This document shows positions 57,881-64,000 of a stretch of 64,000 bases of DNA, piece after piece (the first letter of the stretch is position 1; each line of letters opens with the position of its first letter). The DNA comes from Gracilinanus agilis. Lineage: Eukaryota. The position numbers and the translations under genes are program-made. Below the pieces are notes generated by a model. That model ran no database searches. It was not told the origin of the DNA and worked only from the letters and a program-made list of their open reading frames with translations. The DNA is taken from positions 169,851,553 through 169,915,552 of the forward strand of contig NC_058133.1 in NCBI RefSeq assembly GCF_016433145.1, in the 5' to 3' direction.

Positions 57881-59265
57881 AATTGATGAAGGAACTGAGC
57901 TTAAAGAGCAAAGTCTTTCTTTCGCCTTGGAACCAATAATCAGTATTGAGTCCAAGAGAGAAGGCAAGGGTTAAGGGGAAAAAAACAAACTGTTTGAGGT
58001 TGAAGAACAATTTTTGTGTCAGAACCAGGATTTTTTTTTAACTGAATAAACCTTGATCTAGAATTGAATTAGTCTGGCGTCCTACTTTACTATGTTCTTC
58101 CAATCTCCCTCCTCCTCTCCCCCAAAGTTCCCTTGGCAATAAAAGAGGGATAATCAGCTGTTCCCTCACTCTCCTCTGCCCCTCCCTCTGCTGCTTCCGG
58201 GGGGGGGTTTAGCTTCAAGGAGATGATGACACAAGAAGGGTTTGGGACTGGGGGCTGTGGATGAGGTCAAGGTATCATTAGCTTGTCTGGCTCCTCTAGG
58301 ATTAAAGCTTCCTCATAGCTGTGGGACTCTAGATTCTCCCTCAGCCTCCTTTGTCCTCCTACACTTTGCTGCAGTATCTTGGGCAATCACCTTTCTGGCC
58401 TTCTTTGGACCTGAGTTTCTTCTGTCAAATGGGAAAAATACTCCTTGGTTCTTGAGGAAGGGGAATGAGAATGGGCATGAGGTCATGGAATATTCTCCCA
58501 GTGTATTTCTGGTATACCTGGCCCATTCTTTAAGGTGGTCAGCAAGGATTTAATTAAGTACTCTCTAGGTGCCAGGCACTGTGCTAAGCTAAACAAAATA
58601 CATCAAAAGGTACCATCTCTACCTCAGTCTCCGTGCTCAAAGAGTGTGCTTTCTAATGGGATGCATGTCTATGCATGAAGATTCTGGGGAGGATGTTGGC
58701 AGAGGGAAGGGATCGTTCCATGGATTTTTATGGAGCTGAGCTTCAACCTTGTGTTCTGTAGACTAACCCTCCTTGGGGGTGGGAGGATAGATGTCTGAGA
58801 GGGACCACTCCAGTGTAGAGGCACACTGACCATGTGTTGAAGATGGCCAGACTCGTTGACTCCATGGGATCTGGAGCAAAGTAGGAGCTATTTCTGAGCC
58901 CAGAGTATGGGAACTGGATAAGATGGATGCTTTTAGCAACCAGAGATAGACTCTTGTAGCATTGTTTTAGTTGGAAAGAAGCTGGTCGTCTTTTCTGGGA
59001 ACATTTATTAGATGTTCTGGAGCACACAGAACATGTAAACTCCTTGAGGAATTTAAGGGAAGGGGAGAAAGAGGGGAGAACTGAATGCTCATTGATGACC
59101 CAAGAATGGGTGGTGCTGAGGTTGGCAGAATTTGATCTTTGATGTGTGAGAGCAGCCAGGGAAGAGGTAGGCGCCTATAATAAAGGGTGCCCTTGGGGGG
59201 AGTCCCTAAGCTCTATCCTTGCTAAAGTGTCCACATCTAATTGCCTCCTTTCCCAGGAAGGAGCC

Positions 59266-59273
59266 TATAAATA
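59266..59273 (+). promoter_or_regulatory. S100A3: TATA box of S100A3
   Basis: TATAAATA 57 nt upstream of donor GTG|GTAAGT. Confidence 0.75.
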
Positions 59274-59295
59274 GGGATAACCCCTGTCCATTGGA

Positions 59296-59322
59296 TCCCA
59301 CAGCTGAGAAGCTAACCTAGTG
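59296..59322 (+). other. S100A3: S100A3 non-coding exon 1 (start approximate)
   Basis: Ends at ctagtg|GTAAGT (GT at 59323); joins acceptor ccttcctccag at 63683. Confidence 0.65.
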
Positions 59323-59549
59323 GTAAGTGTTCTGGGTTGGGAGCCAGGTGAGGTGGTTTGTAAGAGGAGACTTTCTCTATACTACCACCAGACCCTGGTT
59401 CCATGGGATGGTGGGGTAGGGAGGCTGAGCAATTGATTGCCCCAGTGGGGATAGACAAGGGAATAGAGGTTGGGGATACAGAGAAGATGGTTCCAGAGAA
59501 CAAATGTTCAGGCTTCCTTGGCAAAAGTAGGCTCTTTGAAAGCAGGAAA

Positions 59550-59551
<2 letters not shown>

Positions 59552-59589
<38 letters not shown>
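59552..59589. repeat. (TTA)n microsatellite in S100A3 intron 1
   Basis: Seen directly; source of the poly-Tyr in ORF 59403-59624. Confidence 0.97.
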
Positions 59590-60029
59590 TGCCTTTGTGT
59601 CCTCTGAGCCTGGTCCAGTACTAGGGACATAGGAATAAGGATAAGGATGGAGTTAGGAACTGGTTCTGTGATTTCATTGACATTGGAAATGTTCCTTCTA
59701 GTCTTAGATACTTAGAATACTGAGATGTTAAGTGACTTGCCTGGGGTCACACAGCCAGGATGATAGGTCTCAAATGCAGGTCTTTCTGACTCGAAGCCTG
59801 GTTCTCTACCCACTATGACAGGCTGTTTTTCAAGCTGTCTGGGATACACTAGGCATTTAATCAATGCTTATTGATGATACTAACAATCTTAGGGTAGTGA
59901 GGCTAGTCATAAAAAAAGACTGTAAAGACATAAAAAGGAAAAGGAATTGTGGGTGATTCAGAAAGGAAGTTTGGGTAATGTAGTTTTTTAGGGATTCAAG
60001 ATAATTCTAACTACACAAGACTTAGGGTT

Positions 60030-60243
60030 AGGGGCACCTAAGTGGTTATAAATAGAGAGCCAGACCTAGAAATGGGAGGTCTTGAGCTCAAATTTGGCCT
60101 CAGAAAACTTCCTAGCTGTGTGACTCTAGACAAGTCACTTAATTTAAACCCCCTTGCCTAGCCCTTACTGCTCTTCTGCCTTGGAACAAATACTTGGTAT
60201 TGATTCTAGGACAGAAGTTGAGGGTAAAAAAAAAAAAAAAAAA
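60030..60243 (+). mobile_element. SINE1_Mdo-like SINE
   Basis: Sense copy with poly-A tail. Confidence 0.85.
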
Positions 60244-61129
60244 GACCAGTTTGGTGGTCAGTGACCAGGATAGCTCCCTCCCATCCCTTTCCCTGTTTAC
60301 TTAGGGAGAGATCAGGGACAGGTAGAGACAGGTCTGTGCACTGACTGGGAGATCTCTCTGTTAAAGGCTTCTCTAACATTTGTGGCAACTCCCTGGTTAG
60401 AGCTTGGAGAGATTGGCTGAGGGAATAGCGTTGGCCCAAGCAATTCCTGAAGCTTTCCCTCCCTTCCCATTCCAACTATGCCTTTCCTCTGGTTTCTGAG
60501 GACATTCTCAGTCTGCTGGCAAGAGGAAACACTTCTGCATCCACCTATCCCATGGCTACAGCCTCACCAACATTCTGCTCTGCAGAAGTGAGCAAAAAAG
60601 GGTCCGGCTAGGAGAGGGTGAGAGGGCTTATGGTGTTATGGACGACTCTCTTGCTGTTTATCAGAGAAATCTCTCTTCTCCTTAGGGAGCAGGGTATGAG
60701 TCACCTTGTACGAATGGAAACGACTATCACTTTCCTGGCTAGCTTTGGGATTTCCTGGCTTGGGATTGGTGAAAGTTAAGACATGGTTATGCCCCAAAGG
60801 ATTTCCCAGTTGGGGAGCTATTCCCTAATATGGTCTGGGAAGGGTAGCCCCATGCAGGATTCCATCTCTCAGGATTCCCTCAAAGTGGCCCAAGTCAGAA
60901 GGAAAGTTCCCCCATGTGGTATGAGTTCTGAAGGGGGTATTCCTATATCTAGGACTAGAAGGACCACAGGATGTTTGCTCTAGTATCCTGTATTCAGGCA
61001 GGTAAAGTGTCATCATTCATATTTTAGAGATGAGGCAACTGAGGTCCAGAGAGGCTGTGACTTGCCCAAGGGAGCAACAGGAGGAGGCATAGAACCCCCA
61101 TCTCTTTATGCTTTGTATGAGAATCTTTT

Positions 61130-61300
61130 TTTTTTTTAAGTCTTTACTTTCTATTTCAGTAACAACTCTAAGACAGAAGGGTAAGGGCATTAAGTAATTG
61201 CCCAGGGTCATGCAGCCTAGTTAGTGTCTGAGGTCAGCTTTGAACCCAGGACCTCCTGTCTTTAGACCTGGCACTCTTGTCTATTGTGCCATCTAGTTGT
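61130..61300 (-). mobile_element. tRNA-derived CORE-SINE
   Basis: Antisense copy with tail cagtaacaactctaagacagaaggg. Confidence 0.8.
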
Positions 61301-61429
61301 TCTGGTGTGACAATCTTTTTACTACATCATTCTGCCATTCATGAGGTTGGAAAGACAACAATGAGGAAGATGGGAAGGCTTTGGGAGTCCTCAGCATTCC
61401 TGATTCCTGCTCATTTTTGGCTATTATTA

Positions 61430-61620
61430 TTATTTAAACCCTTAACTTTCATCTTAGAATCAATACAATATTGGTTCCAACTTAGAAGAGCAGGAAAGAC
61501 TAGCCAATTGGGGTTAAGTGATTTGCCCAGGGTCATGTAGCTAGGGAGTGTCTGAGATCAGATTTGAACCCAGGACCTCCCATCTCCAGGATCTCTATCC
61601 AGCAACCACCTAGTTGCCCC
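61430..61620 (-). mobile_element. SINE1_Mdo-like SINE
   Basis: Full antisense copy. Confidence 0.85.
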
Positions 61621-62138
61621 TTTTTGGGGTTACTTTTTCAGTGATCTGAGGGTGAAACACTATTGGGATTCAGCATCTCCAGTGCTCCCTGTGATCACCT
61701 CCAGCTTGCAGTCCCTTTTCTTTTCAGGAAGTCCTTGGGAGCTATTGAGATGGGGGCTTCACAAGGTAAAAACTGCCAGATTTGGGGGAGGTAAGGTTAA
61801 GGTCTCTAATGGAATCAGTTTCCAAAAGCCACGGGCCAAAACTCTTCATACAATCTAGGGCCACAGGGATAGGCAGGAGAATCCCGAGTGAGGACAAAGT
61901 CTGAAGGGAGAGACAAAGAGATCAGAGAAACATTGACTCTGAGCTAGGGGGGACCCCAGAAGTCATTGAATCCAAGTCCTACCTCAATAGTTATCTCTTC
62001 TACAACACCTATGATAAGAAGTTGGATTACATGACGTCTTGGCTTCCTTCCACCTCTGATCTTCTGCTTGAAACCTTCCGATGGCTCATAGTTCCATTCT
62101 GCCAAGATCTTACTGGATTCCAATTCTGTCATCTAGCA

Positions 62139-62356
62139 CAGTGGTGTCAAGCTCAAATAGAAAAGGAAAAGGCCAATAAACCATACATAAAGATCCCTAT
62201 GGGCCACATCTTGATTTAGAAAATCACCTATGAACATTATTTATGTTTTATTGAATTTTTATTTATGTTGTTAAATATTTTCAATTATATTTTAATCTGG
62301 ATCAGGCCATACTTGAGAATGTTGTGGACCTCCTGTGAGTGTATTTGATACCTCTG
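62139..62356. mobile_element. hAT MITE, 218 bp
   Basis: TIRs CAGTGGTGTCAAG / TTTGATACCTCTG; flanks ATCTAGCA and CTCTAACA (6/8 TSD match). Confidence 0.75.
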
Positions 62357-62899
62357 CTCTAACATATGAACTTTTAACTCCCAACTTAGTGCTATTTGCA
62401 AAGATGGTAAACTTGCCGTTTACACTAGTGTTCAAATTATGATAAAACATGAGAGAAGATAAGTCTAATATGTTTCCTATATCTGACAGCTATTTGCCAG
62501 CTGATGAATTTTTGTAACTACATAGGCTCATAGGATTATAGATCTAGAGATGGATTTTTAGAAAGCATCTAATCCAACACTCTCTTTTTACAAATGGGGA
62601 AACTGAGGCTCAGAGTGGTTAAGAGGTTAAATGACTTGTCCAAGATTACATATGATGGAAGGAAGATTTAAATGCAGTATATGACTCCAAAGTCAGGGTT
62701 CTTTTCCAGTTTGCCATGCTAAGAAAGACTTCACAGAGATACTTGAGTTTGCCCTTGAAGGAATTTGGGCAGGAAGGGAGGGGATATGAATAGAACCTTA
62801 GGTATTAGGGAGTCATTGGGAGGATGAAGAACTCTGAGGGAAGGAGTTGAAACTGAGGCGGTACATAGAAAGGAGAACCCATGAGGTTGAGAAACTCAA

Positions 62900-63120
62900 G
62901 GGGACTCCCCTGACCTTAATTCTGTCACAACCATTTCCATAGCCCATTCTGGGAGAGATGGAGAGATCACTAAGATTTGATTTTGCATGACGGCACATGT
63001 ATAACCTAGATTTGTTGATTACTATCTTTGGGAAGGGAGAGGGAGAGAATTTGGAACTCAAAATTTTAGAAAAACAATGTTAAAAATTGGCCACATGTAA
63101 TTGGGAAAATATATTAAATA
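62900..63120 (+). mobile_element. L1 3' UTR tip
   Basis: agaatttggaactcaaaattttagaaaaacaatgttaaaaattg...catgtaattgggaaaa. Confidence 0.7.
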
Positions 63121-63266
63121 CCCCCCCCCCAAAAAAAAAAGAAAAGGAAGGAAAAAAGAAAGAAAAGAAAAGAAAAATAGAGATTCTATTTTGTCTCATT
63201 TAGAGCTTACAGTGTTGTAGGGGGAATGATAATTTCTAACTTTCTAATGTATTCAGGAAATGTGGT

Positions 63267-63450
63267 GTTTTTTTTAAAACCCTTAACTTCTGTGTATTGG
63301 CTCCTAGGTGGAAGAGTGGTAAGGGTGGGCAATGGGGGTCAAGTGACTTGCCCAGGGTCACACAGCTAGGAAGTGTCTGAGGCCAGATTTGAACCTAGGA
63401 CCTCCCTCTCTAGGCCTGACTCTCAATCCACTGAGCTACCCAGCTGCCCC
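63267..63450 (-). mobile_element. Young short-tail SINE1_Mdo-like SINE
   Basis: Near-consensus copy flanked by gaaatgtg[g/a]tgtttt. Confidence 0.92.
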
Positions 63451-63688
63451 TGAAATGTGATGTTTTAAAATTTTTATGTATTTATTTTTAGTGTTTGTAT
63501 TAATGTTTTTTATCTTCTTCCTAAAAGGTAAACTTCATGAGGGAAGGGACCAGGACTTATCTACACTGTATACCTTCTTTAGTGCCTTAGCATGCAGTCT
63601 GTGCTTAATGTTTGCTGAATCCCATGATATGACATGCATTCATTTACCCCATCTGTAGAATAATTATGTCCTCCTTCCTCCAGTGACC

Positions 63689-63829
63689 ATGCCAAGTCCT
63701 TTGGAGAACGCAGTGGCTGCCATTGTGTGTACCTTCCAGGAGTATGCAGGGCGAGATGGGGACAAGTATAAACTCTCTCAATGCGAGCTGAAAGAGTTGT
63801 TGCTGAAGGAGCTGCCCACCTTAACCCCG
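63689..63829 (+). CDS. S100A3: S100A3 coding exon 1 (MPSPLENAVAAIVCTFQEYAGRDGDKYKLSQCELKELLLKELPTLTP); gene continues past the window
   Basis: AVAAIVCTFQEYAGR.GDKYKL is diagnostic of S100A3; acceptor at 63683, Kozak accATGC, donor CCG|GTAAAA; true start is ATG 63689, not the GTG at 63683 used by the track. Confidence 0.93.
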
Positions 63830-64000
63830 GTAAAAGGCAATTGGGGATGGTTGAGAGTGGAGGATGAGCTTTTACATTCTGTGTTTCCTATTTCTTTGAG
63901 ATGAAAATCATGTTCAGAGAGGAATGGGAGTGGGATGGGGCAGGATTCTTATCTTGCCCTGAATGGTGGCATAGTAAAAAGATTCCTGGATTGGGAGTCA

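Overview
Marsupial genomic DNA, most likely a didelphid such as Monodelphis, judged from SINE1_Mdo-like and MAR1-like SINEs plus marsupial L1, L2, L3 and hAT repeats recognised by eye. The window holds part of the S100 EF-hand gene cluster, all on the + strand and in the human gene order. S100A14 is complete (CDS 1837-1866, 2765-2911, 3186-3323; 104 aa). S100A16 is complete (14363-14518, 14978-15136; 104 aa). S100A2 is complete (46193-46333, 48928-49080; 97 aa). S100A3 is partial (first coding exon 63689-63829; its last exon lies beyond the window). All coding introns are GT-AG and phase 0. The rest is a dense retroposon field with three TSD-bounded hAT MITEs, two probable solo LTRs and many simple or tandem repeats. 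Most ORF-track entries are non-coding noise. I found no new gene system. The most unusual signals are: (1) a 5'-truncated L1 flanked by a ~128-bp target-site duplication; (2) a strongly A/T-to-G/C-biased MIR next to a CpG-rich intronic S100A16 promoter candidate (possible GC-biased gene conversion); (3) a cysteine-free S100A2 and a rearranged cysteine pattern in S100A3; (4) several candidate alternative first exons for S100A16; (5) an AP-1 cluster displaced from S100A2 by the L1; (6) minisatellites born from SINE and L2 sequence; (7) a 187-bp duplication around a single N that is probably an assembly artefact. Repeat family names, consensus sequences and human reference proteins are recalled from memory and need database confirmation. 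Repeat boundaries are approximate unless TSDs are given.
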